Shown one piece after another: positions 26,392-35,126 of a stretch of DNA of 64,000 nt (positions are counted from its first letter, which is position 1; each line of letters opens with the position of its first letter). Below the pieces are notes generated by a model. It worked only from the letters and a program-made list of their open reading frames with translations, had not been told where the DNA came from and did no database searches. Source of the stretch: Nitrospinales bacterium (GTDB lineage Bacteria > Nitrospinota > Nitrospinia > Nitrospinales > JAJDAT01); contig JBHHYO010000001.1 in the NCBI GenBank assembly GCA_046757665.1, positions 26,822 through 90,821 on the forward strand. Direction: 5' to 3'. The translations under genes and the position numbers were made by a program.

Positions 26392-28476
26392 ATGAAGATT
26401 CTTTTGCTCTATCCTCCCGACCGGGCGTTCCCGGCGGTTCCCTACGCCAGCCTGCCGGCCCTGGCGCCCTGTCTGCAACAGGCGGGCCACGAGGTCGTTC
26501 TCCGCGACGCTTCCCTGGATGTTTTTCATCGGTTGATGAAGGAGGAAACGCTTTTCCGCTATCTCAAGACGTATCGGGAGCGGTTGCGCGTTCTGGAAGC
26601 GAAAGTTTCCCTGAATCCCGATGAAGCGGAAGAATACAAGGCTCTCGTTCAAACTCTCGCGGTTCCCGAGGAAGCATTGCGCCGGGTGACCGCTTCCATC
26701 CGGATCATGCAAAGCGAGGAGTTTTACAAGCCCGAATCGTTCACGCGGGCCTGGGATGATTTGCGGAGCGCCATGCGGTTTTATTACGGACCGAACCCCA
26801 TCGACTCGCCGAATTACCCCGACTTTGCCGACCGGCTCCGCAAAGCGTTAAGCGCCCGGTGGATCGACCCCGTTGCCGACGTTTACGGTCAAGGTTACAT
26901 CGAGAGCCTGTTGCGGGAAACACCCGACCTGATCGGAATCAGCATTCCGTTTATCGTGTCTTATTACGAAGCCATGAAGCTGGCGAAACATATCCGTGCC
27001 CGAGCCCCACGCATCCCACTGGTGATCGGCGGCTCCCTGATCGACACTTACAAGGACGTTATGGCCGCCGATCCCGGATTATACGATCTTTTCGATTATG
27101 CCATGGTGGGCGAGGGAGAGGAAGCCGTCTGCCGGCTAGCCGCGGCGCTGGAAAACGGCGCCGGCCTGGATGCGGTGCCCAACCTGTATTACCGGGACGC
27201 CGCCGGCGCGGTGAAACATACCGCGAAAAAGTCCGTGGAGGATTTGAACGTGCTTCCGGCTCCGGATTTCACGGGACTGCCGCTGGAAAAATATCTTTCG
27301 CCCGAACCGATCGCCAGTTTCCAGACTTCGCGTGGGTGTTACTACGGCAAGTGCACGTTTTGCTCCCTGTCTTTCCGCGATAACTTCCGCCTTCGGGACC
27401 CGCGGCGGGTTGTTCAGGATATGATCGACATCCACGCGAGCACGGGCATCAAGACATTTCTTTTGTGGGATTCCCTGTCGCCACCCAAGACAGTGCGCGC
27501 CGTCGCCGGTCAGGTCAGGGACGAGAACCTGGGGTTTCACTGGTTCGCCGAGACCAAGTTTGAAAAAACGTATCTGAATAAAAAGTTCCTGCAAGACCTT
27601 GGAGAGGGCGGATGCCGGTTCCTGCAATTCGGAATGGAGTCGGCCAGCGAGCGCATCCTCGACCTGATCGACAAAGGCAACAAGAATGCGGAGATCGACG
27701 TCATGCTGGACAACATGGCGGCGGCGGGAATCGGCGCCAGCTTGACCTGGTTCATCGGTTTTCCCACGGAAACCGAGGCGGAAGCCGACGCCAGTTACGA
27801 TTTCATCGAGGCCCGCCGGCACAAGGTGACTCTTTCCGCCTATACCGGAACATATAACCTGTTGCCCGACCAGCCGTTGTTTTACGACCGGGACAGTTAT
27901 GGGATCGACATCCATCGCAACGCCGATGGCGGCTATTATTTCACTTACCGGGACGGTTCCGAGCCTTACGACCGGAGCGAGCGCAACCACGCTTTTCTGG
28001 CGCGCGGCGATGCGGAGCTTCTCAAGCATGGCGCATACATTCTTTATTCGACCTATTGCCCGGACCGTATTCATAAACTGTCGGGCGCGTATCGGGTGGG
28101 TCCCCTGGTCCGCGACGTCGAGAACCTTGAGGAAGCGGTGGTGCAACGCACGCCGGAGACGCACATCACCGCTTTTGCCAGGGACCCGATCAAGGATTTT
28201 AACGCGCCGCCTTCTCCCGTAAAACTGGTTTACCAGTCCATGACCGGGGAGGTTTTTCGGCTTCGGGGAAGGGAGATGGCCGTCCTTGATGCCGGCGCGG
28301 AGCCTGTGTCGCTCGCCGCGATTGGAAAAAGAATCGGCATGGACTGGCGGGAACTGGAGTCCATTGTTCATACCCTGACGAATCGCGGGTTGCTGAAATT
28401 CATTGTGAATGGGAACAGCCCGGACGCGCAAAACCGGGTTCTTGAGAAAATTGAAGCCTGCGTGGAGTCGCCATGA
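26392..28476 (+). CDS. B12-type-domain radical SAM protein, paralogue 1 (CX4CX2C; C-terminal wHTH/RRE-like domain)
   Basis: I set the start at ATG 26392 (MKILLLYPPD). The cluster motif SRGCYYGKCTFC lies at 27337-27363. The protein is collinear with the next gene along its whole length. Confidence 0.85.
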   Translation: MKILLLYPPDRAFPAVPYASLPALAPCLQQAGHEVVLRDASLDVFHRLMKEETLFRYLKTYRERLRVLEAKVSLNPDEAEEYKALVQTLAVPEEALRRVTASIRIMQSEEFYKPESFTRAWDDLRSAMRFYYGPNPIDSPNYPDFADRLRKALSARWIDPVADVYGQGYIESLLRETPDLIGISIPFIVSYYEAMKLAKHIRARAPRIPLVIGGSLIDTYKDVMAADPGLYDLFDYAMVGEGEEAVCRLAAALENGAGLDAVPNLYYRDAAGAVKHTAKKSVEDLNVLPAPDFTGLPLEKYLSPEPIASFQTSRGCYYGKCTFCSLSFRDNFRLRDPRRVVQDMIDIHASTGIKTFLLWDSLSPPKTVRAVAGQVRDENLGFHWFAETKFEKTYLNKKFLQDLGEGGCRFLQFGMESASERILDLIDKGNKNAEIDVMLDNMAAAGIGASLTWFIGFPTETEAEADASYDFIEARRHKVTLSAYTGTYNLLPDQPLFYDRDSYGIDIHRNADGGYYFTYRDGSEPYDRSERNHAFLARGDAELLKHGAYILYSTYCPDRIHKLSGAYRVGPLVRDVENLEEAVVQRTPETHITAFARDPIKDFNAPPSPVKLVYQSMTGEVFRLRGREMAVLDAGAEPVSLAAIGKRIGMDWRELESIVHTLTNRGLLKFIVNGNSPDAQNRVLEKIEACVESP

Positions 28477-30560
28477 AGGTTCTATTGATATACCCGCCGG
28501 ACAGGGGACTGCCGTCGGCTCCCTACGCCAGCTTGCCCGTCCTGGGCGCCGCCCTGAAACAGGGAGGCCACGAGGTGGTCCTGCGCGATATCAATCTTGA
28601 AGTCTTCCATGCGTTGGTGCGGGAGGAAACAGCGCTCCATTATCGCGAAGCTTTTGCCGGGCGGTTGCGGGACCTGGAAACCAGGCTGTCGTTGAATCCG
28701 CGCGAAGCCGAAGAATACAGCGCTCTCACGCAAATACTCTCCATTCCCGAACAGGCGCTGGGAAACACGTCTTCCGCCATCCGCGTTATGCAAAGTCCCG
28801 GCGATTTCTACAACCCCGAAAAATTTAACCGGGCGCACGACGATCTGGCGGACGCCATTCGATTTTATTATGGACTGAACCCCCTGGAGTCGGCTGAACT
28901 GCCCAATCTGGTTGACCGGCTTTTCGCCGCGTTGGACGACCGGCCGGTCGATCCTGTAGCGGACATATACCGGCAAAAGATTGTTGCGGATATTTTGCGT
29001 GAGCAACCCGGCCTGATCGGACTCAGCATCCCGTTCATGATTTCTTACTATGAAACCATGAAGCTTATAAAACATATCCGGGAGCAAGCCCCCGCCATTC
29101 CCATAGTGATCGGAGGGGTCATGCTGGAAAACCGCATCGACCCCCTGGCAACCGATCCGCGGCTTTATCAACTGTTTGATTATGTCATCGTTGGGGAAGG
29201 CGATTTGGCTCTATGCGAGCTGGCCGCGGCTTTGGAAACGGGAGGCGATCTGGATTCGGTGTCCAACTTGTGTTACCGGTCGTCCGACGGCACGGTGAAG
29301 CACACGGAAAAAAAGTCGGTGGAGAATTTAAACGATCTTCCGTCACCGGACTTCACCGAACTGCCGCTGGAGAAATACCTTTCGCCTGAACCCGTTGCCA
29401 GTTTCCAGACTTCGCGGGGATGTTACTATGGCAAGTGCACCTTTTGTTCCCTGTCCTTTCGCGACAACTTCCGCCTTAGAGACCCGCGGCTGGTTGTCGA
29501 GGACATGATCCATGTTCACGAGGTTACAGGCATCAAAATGTTCCTGTTGTGGGACTCGCTGTCTCCGCCCAGGACGCTCAAGTATATCGCCCGGGAAATC
29601 CGGGAGAAAAATCTGGGGTTCCACTGGTTTGCCGAGACCAAGTTTGAAAAGGTTTTTCTAAAACCCGAATTTGCGAAAAAACTTTACGAAGGCGGATGCC
29701 GCGTTCTCCAGTTGGGGCTGGAGTCCTCCACCCAGCGCATCCTCGACCTGACCGAAAAAGGCAACCGGATCGAGGACGTGGACATAATGCTGGACAATAT
29801 AGCGGCGGCGGGAATATTGAGCAGTGTGTTCTGGTTCATCGGATTTCCCGGCGAAACCGGGGAAGAGGCCCGGCGGACTTATGATTTTATCCAAAGCCGG
29901 CGCGCCAAAATCACGCTTTCGCCCTATACCGGGACCTATACCCTACTGCCCGATCAGCCGTTGTTTCATCAACCCGGCCGCTATGGCATACAAATCCACC
30001 GCGATGCAGACAGCGGCAAATACCGGTACACTTACGCGGACGGTTCCCCGCCTTGCGACCTGACGGAACTGGATTATGCGTTTCAATCCCGCAGTGACGC
30101 AAAACTGCTCACCCACGGCGTTTATCTGCCATACGCCGTGAACAATGCGCCGGGACTGAAAAAACTGACCGGCAACAACCGGCTGGGATTCCTGGCCCTC
30201 GAAATCGAAAGTCTGGACGAAGCGGTGGCGCAACGAACACCGGAAACTTATATTTATTCCTTCGCCAGGGACCCCATCAAGGATTTTGCCGCTCCGCCCC
30301 AGCCGGTAAAGCTGGTCTACCAAGCTGTTACGGGAAAAGTTTTTCGTCCGCGAGGCAGGGAGATGGCGGTTTTGGAAGCGATGCGTCAACCCACGCCGCT
30401 GTATTTGTTGACGGAAATCCTCGACATGGACTGGGAGGAGATCAAGCAAATTGTCGAAAAACTTTCCAACCGGGGGCTGATCAAATTCCTGGTCGGTTTA
30501 TCCGCTTACCAGGACTGCGGCAGACCGGATGAGGCTTTTTCCGAAATGGTTCAGCCGTGA
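28473..30560 (+). CDS. B12-type-domain radical SAM protein, paralogue 2 (CX4CX2C; C-terminal wHTH/RRE-like domain)
   Basis: It has an ATGA overlap with paralogue 1 and starts MKVLLIYPPD. SRGCYYGKCTFC lies at 29421-29447. 695 aa. Confidence 0.85.
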   Translation: MKVLLIYPPDRGLPSAPYASLPVLGAALKQGGHEVVLRDINLEVFHALVREETALHYREAFAGRLRDLETRLSLNPREAEEYSALTQILSIPEQALGNTSSAIRVMQSPGDFYNPEKFNRAHDDLADAIRFYYGLNPLESAELPNLVDRLFAALDDRPVDPVADIYRQKIVADILREQPGLIGLSIPFMISYYETMKLIKHIREQAPAIPIVIGGVMLENRIDPLATDPRLYQLFDYVIVGEGDLALCELAAALETGGDLDSVSNLCYRSSDGTVKHTEKKSVENLNDLPSPDFTELPLEKYLSPEPVASFQTSRGCYYGKCTFCSLSFRDNFRLRDPRLVVEDMIHVHEVTGIKMFLLWDSLSPPRTLKYIAREIREKNLGFHWFAETKFEKVFLKPEFAKKLYEGGCRVLQLGLESSTQRILDLTEKGNRIEDVDIMLDNIAAAGILSSVFWFIGFPGETGEEARRTYDFIQSRRAKITLSPYTGTYTLLPDQPLFHQPGRYGIQIHRDADSGKYRYTYADGSPPCDLTELDYAFQSRSDAKLLTHGVYLPYAVNNAPGLKKLTGNNRLGFLALEIESLDEAVAQRTPETYIYSFARDPIKDFAAPPQPVKLVYQAVTGKVFRPRGREMAVLEAMRQPTPLYLLTEILDMDWEEIKQIVEKLSNRGLIKFLVGLSAYQDCGRPDEAFSEMVQP

Positions 30561-30730
30561 TTCAATCGGCAATGACGGGTACGCTCGTGCCATGATTTCC
30601 TGGTTCTTCTCCGCCGCGTGGTTCTTATGAAATTACTTTGAATTATTTTCCGGTTTATGTTTAGATGCAAGGCAGAAGCTGACCGGAAAAAAAGTTTGAT
30701 TCCTCCAGAAACCTCCTAACCGCTTCAAAA

Positions 30731-33700
30731 ATGCCGTACCCCGCCACTGGCCTCAAAAATTTTTCTCTGGACTTTAAAAACTCGTTTCGCCGTCCGCGGG
30801 ACGGGGAAAAAATCGAATTGTCGCCGCCATCGGGGTTTGCCTTGATGCCCGAAGGCGGCCTGGTTGTCGCCGACGACTTCAACCACCGCATCCAGCTTTA
30901 CGACCGGGAACACAACCTGCAAACCTGTTTCGGGGAAAAGGGAAAAGACAACGGACAGTTCATGTATCCCCGGGGGATTGCCGTCGATTCCGAGGGACAT
31001 ATTTATGTCGCTGACAGCTGGAATCACCGTGTGCAAAAGTTCGACGCATCGGGAAACCATTTGTTGACTTTTGGCGATCATGGGGAAGGGTGGGGACAGT
31101 TGAACGAGCCTTACGATGTTCTGGCGCTTCCCTCGGGCGAAATCGTCGTCGTGGAGCGATACAACCATCGAATCCAGTTTTTCGACGCCGGGGGACATTC
31201 CCTCGGTTGGGTTGGAGCCCGCGGGACCGTGCTGGAAGACCGGCTGGCGCAGATTTATGAAACGCCTCCCCATCTTTTTCCCCGGCCGGTATTTGAATTT
31301 CCAACCTCCATCGCGCAGGACAGCCTGGGAAACTTTTTCGTCGCCGACAGCGGCAACCATAGAATCGTCAAGTTCGATCCGCGGTGGAACCTCGTTGGAG
31401 TCATTGGCGAAAAGGGCGGCGAAGCCGGGCAATTTCAATACCCTCTCTGCGTCGCAACCGGTCCAAACGATTTGTTATACGTTGCCGACCTGAATAACAA
31501 TCGGGTTCAGGTGTTTACCTCGCAAGGGCAGTTCCTGACGGCGATTGATGAAGGCGGCGAAAAAATCCAAACGCCCTGCCTGACTCTTGTGGATGCCGAG
31601 GGACGACTGTACGTTGGGTTGACTTTCAACCCCGCCGTTCTGGTTTTTCAAACCTCATCCCGCTCTCCGGATTCTATTTATAAAAGCTTCGCCGAAGAGC
31701 AAGCGAAGGATTTCCGGGTGTTCTTTTCCCGGGGAAACTTTCACGAAGAAACCGGGTCGGCGGACCTCGCGCTGGAAGCCTACGGCAAGGCCGTTTCCAT
31801 TTTAGCGGCTCAAGGCGGTCAGGATTCTTTTGACCCGTCTTTCGGTTTCGAGCAAGCCGCCTGTCTCCCCTTGCGTTTTTGCCGGGCGGCGGCTCAGGGT
31901 CCGCACGACCGGGAAATTGAGTCCTCGCTTCTGCAATGTCTGGATATTTATGATGCGCTTACCCGGAGCCTCTACCAAAAAATTCTGGATCGCAAGAAAG
32001 AATGGGACGACGCGGCGACAATTTATTTTCGGGAATTGATCCGCGAGGAAAACCTGATCCTGAACCAAAAAGAGGACCCCCTTGCGTTCAACAAAAAACT
32101 TTATTCGGCGGAAAAGGCGGACAAAACATTTTTCCGCGAAATCCGGATTTTGTTTTACTACTACAGGAAGGTTTGTGAGCAAAAGGCGGAATTCGTTCTT
32201 GCCTTGTTACATTCCGAATTGTCCGCCCAGGGCGTGGAAAAACTCGTGGCCTCCCTTGAATCCAGGTACCACGCCATCTGCGGCGAAATCAACGTGATTC
32301 TGGATGACAAGGAAAACCATGAGGTCGCCATGGTCGGCGCTTTGTCTGGCGCGGAAAATAACGAGGAGAAATGGGAGAGCTTTCGCATCAAATCCATGCT
32401 CAACGCCAGGCTCATGGACAGCCTCAAGCATTTTTTGTTTGAGTTGCGTTCTATTTTGAAAAGTATCAAGGCGACGGCCTTGAAGTTTCAAAACGCTTCG
32501 GTAAGAAACTGCTTGACGGAACTGTTCATCAAAGTGCCCGTCGCTTCCCTGATTCCCTCCATTTTGTTACGGATTCAGGAAGATTGGGACACGCTCCCCT
32601 CCCTGGAAACGGAACACAAGGAAATTCTGGATATCTGGCTTGCGGGGCATCGGGGGCAAGGAGAAGTGCGGCGTGTCGACAACGATTTTTTCGCTCCGGT
32701 TCCTTACGATGTTGAGGATGTGGATACCGGGGACATTGTGCGTGCCCTGTTGATGGAGGGGGCGCCGCCGGCAAAAACCGAACAGGGGCTGGCTTGCGGT
32801 AATGAAATTTATCCGCCGGAATCCCTCGGAGACGATGCCGAAAACATCTGCGCACAGTTGCGGGCCGTGCTGGACAATTCCGCGACATATGAGAAAAAAA
32901 CCGCAGAGACCTTCAAGGAGCTGGAATCTTTTTCCCTGCAAAAGGCCGACCTGGAAACCAAACTGAAGAACGTCAATCCTCGCGACAAAAAAGAGCCTAT
33001 CCCTTTGCGCAACAACCTTCAGGTCGTGGAATTCCAGATCAACCTGTTGAAACGGATGATCAAGACGTTGGAAATCAATGAAATGAACAACCTGCTCAAG
33101 CTGGTTCTCGGCGCCGCGTTGGCGGCTGTTGCTCCCGTCTGCCGCGACCGCAAGCCGACCCGGGATTTGTTCGATGCGCTACGATCTTACCGGGACGATT
33201 TGCAGGCAAGGACCGCAAGCGCCACCCTGCAAATGAAATCCGTGGTCCTGAAAAAGGGCGCCCTGGAAAAGCAACTGAAAGAAGAACTTTTCAAACACGA
33301 TATCAGTCATATCGATCAATCCGTTAAAATCAAGGACGGCCTTTTAAAGGCGCAAATAGAATTGAACCGCTTGACGGCGGATTTGGCCCGCCGTTTCAGG
33401 CCTAAAAACCTCCTGGACAAATTATTCGATTTCGTTTCGCAAGCCGGGGAAGCCGCATCCGCGCAGGACGGTTTTCGCATGAAGTTCAAGTTTGTGTCCG
33501 GAGGGCTGGGTTTGGACGCCGGACACTTTCTTTATCCTCTCGGCATTACGCACACTCCGGAAGGCGATTTGCTGATAGCCGACTATGACCGTCATTTGAT
33601 CCGCAAATTTTCCCGGGAAGGGGTCTACCGCTTCTCTTTTGGGGGGATGGGCAATGCCCGGGGGGCTTTTAACTCGCCCGCCGGGGTGCAGGTCGATCCG

Positions 33701-34336
33701 CGGGGAAACATCTATGTGGCGGACCAACTGAACCACCGCATCCAGAAACTCGCGCCGGACGGGAAATTCCTTTTGGCTTTTGGCGACCGGGGAAAACAGG
33801 AAGAGCGGCTGGGGGAAATCTATTCTCTTTCCATGGATACGGAAAACAATATCTGGGTGGCCGATCCGCAACATCACCGCGTGGCTATTTTCTCCCCGCT
33901 GGGGGAATACCTGCGCGCCATCGGCAAGCAGGGAAAGCGCCCCGAGGAACTTTGCGAGCCCGTCAGCGTCTGTTGCCTGGAAAACGGCGATTACCTGGTG
34001 GGAGACCGGTCGGAGTATGTTTTAAAACGTTTCAACCCGAAAGGCGAGCTGTTACACGTCCTCAAAAAAGACATTCCCACCATCGACGTGGTATTTTTCC
34101 TGACCTCGGATCCCCGCTACGGAATCTTCGCCGCGGAGTCGCTGAACAAACGGCTTCTCCGGCTGAATTCCAAACTGGAGCCGGTCTTTATCTATCATTG
34201 TCCCGGCGACCGTGCCGGCGGATTTGGAATTATCGGCGGATTATCCATTCACGGCGACACCCTGATGGTGACGGATTCGGGAAACCACCGGATCCAGGCT
34301 TTTGAGTTGCAACTGAAGGATCACGTCTCCACTTAG
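30731..34336 (+). CDS. 1201-aa protein with N- and C-terminal NHL-repeat beta-propellers flanking a roughly 600-aa helical/coiled-coil region
   Basis: NHL units are present at both ends, for example GQFMYPRGIAVDSEGHIYVADSWNHRVQKFD and GAFNSPAGVQVDPRGNIYVADQLNHRIQKL. The middle is rich in heptad-like E/K/L sequence. I see no obvious signal peptide. Confidence 0.85.
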   Translation: MPYPATGLKNFSLDFKNSFRRPRDGEKIELSPPSGFALMPEGGLVVADDFNHRIQLYDREHNLQTCFGEKGKDNGQFMYPRGIAVDSEGHIYVADSWNHRVQKFDASGNHLLTFGDHGEGWGQLNEPYDVLALPSGEIVVVERYNHRIQFFDAGGHSLGWVGARGTVLEDRLAQIYETPPHLFPRPVFEFPTSIAQDSLGNFFVADSGNHRIVKFDPRWNLVGVIGEKGGEAGQFQYPLCVATGPNDLLYVADLNNNRVQVFTSQGQFLTAIDEGGEKIQTPCLTLVDAEGRLYVGLTFNPAVLVFQTSSRSPDSIYKSFAEEQAKDFRVFFSRGNFHEETGSADLALEAYGKAVSILAAQGGQDSFDPSFGFEQAACLPLRFCRAAAQGPHDREIESSLLQCLDIYDALTRSLYQKILDRKKEWDDAATIYFRELIREENLILNQKEDPLAFNKKLYSAEKADKTFFREIRILFYYYRKVCEQKAEFVLALLHSELSAQGVEKLVASLESRYHAICGEINVILDDKENHEVAMVGALSGAENNEEKWESFRIKSMLNARLMDSLKHFLFELRSILKSIKATALKFQNASVRNCLTELFIKVPVASLIPSILLRIQEDWDTLPSLETEHKEILDIWLAGHRGQGEVRRVDNDFFAPVPYDVEDVDTGDIVRALLMEGAPPAKTEQGLACGNEIYPPESLGDDAENICAQLRAVLDNSATYEKKTAETFKELESFSLQKADLETKLKNVNPRDKKEPIPLRNNLQVVEFQINLLKRMIKTLEINEMNNLLKLVLGAALAAVAPVCRDRKPTRDLFDALRSYRDDLQARTASATLQMKSVVLKKGALEKQLKEELFKHDISHIDQSVKIKDGLLKAQIELNRLTADLARRFRPKNLLDKLFDFVSQAGEAASAQDGFRMKFKFVSGGLGLDAGHFLYPLGITHTPEGDLLIADYDRHLIRKFSREGVYRFSFGGMGNARGAFNSPAGVQVDPRGNIYVADQLNHRIQKLAPDGKFLLAFGDRGKQEERLGEIYSLSMDTENNIWVADPQHHRVAIFSPLGEYLRAIGKQGKRPEELCEPVSVCCLENGDYLVGDRSEYVLKRFNPKGELLHVLKKDIPTIDVVFFLTSDPRYGIFAAESLNKRLLRLNSKLEPVFIYHCPGDRAGGFGIIGGLSIHGDTLMVTDSGNHRIQAFELQLKDHVST

Positions 34337-34986
34337 CCCTTTTGGGTGACTCCCACTCTTTTGCAGAACTCGGCGATGCGGCATGAATCGCAAAGCGGCG
34401 ATAAGGGTTTGCAGACGTTTTGCCCAAAAGCCACCAGCAAGCCGTTGAGTTCCTTCCAGAATTTTTTAGGCAATTTTTTCCTCAAAGCCTGTTCCGTGCT
34501 GTCCGGCGACCGGGTGGCGACGTAGCCCCACCGGTTGACGATCCTGTGAACATGGGTATCGACGCAGATTCCCGGTTTGTCGTAGCCCAGGATCACGGTC
34601 AGGTTGGCGGTTTTTCTGCCGACACCCTTGAGCTTCAGAAGTTCGTCTATGGAATCGGGAACCCGCCCGCCGTAGTTATCCAGCAGTCGCCGGCAGATAT
34701 TGTGCAGGGTTTTGGTTTTCACCCGGTAGAAAGCCGCCGGGTAAATGGCGTTTTCAATGGATCGGGGGTCGAGACCGAGCATTGCGCCCGGCGTGTCGGC
34801 AAGGGCGAACAGGCGGCGAGTGGCGGCGTCCGTCACGGCGTCCCGCGTACGCAGGCTGAGGATGCAACTCACGAGAACCCGGAACGGTTGTTTCTCCCGG
34901 CCGGCACGGACAACTGCTGGAGTTTCCCATTGCCGGGCGGCTTGTTTGACGAGATGGATTGCCTGTTCAATTTGTGATTGGGTCAC
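34333..34986 (-). CDS. nth: Endonuclease III (DNA glycosylase/AP lyase)
   Basis: It has the HhH-GPD motif LLKLKGVGRKTANLTV and the C-terminal 4Fe-4S motif CKPLSPLCDSCRIAEFC. Confidence 0.92.
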   Translation of the reverse strand: MTQSQIEQAIHLVKQAARQWETPAVVRAGREKQPFRVLVSCILSLRTRDAVTDAATRRLFALADTPGAMLGLDPRSIENAIYPAAFYRVKTKTLHNICRRLLDNYGGRVPDSIDELLKLKGVGRKTANLTVILGYDKPGICVDTHVHRIVNRWGYVATRSPDSTEQALRKKLPKKFWKELNGLLVAFGQNVCKPLSPLCDSCRIAEFCKRVGVTQKG

Positions 34987-35126
34987 GGTTGTTTCCCGGC
35001 GGCGGACAAAGTCGCGGGCTCTATGGAAAATGCGGAACGTTTTTGTTATTATAACCTCTTTGACCGCTCAAACTGAAAGCCCGTGGTTTGCGCTACTCAT
35101 TAACTATTTAAACAACCTTTGACCCG

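Noticed and set aside
34987-35126. Possible ilv leader peptide, attenuator or T-box upstream of ilvN
   Set aside because: The only small ORF (MENAERFCYYNLFDRSN) has no Val/Leu/Ile run. I could find no terminator/antiterminator pair and no T-box-like specifier structure.
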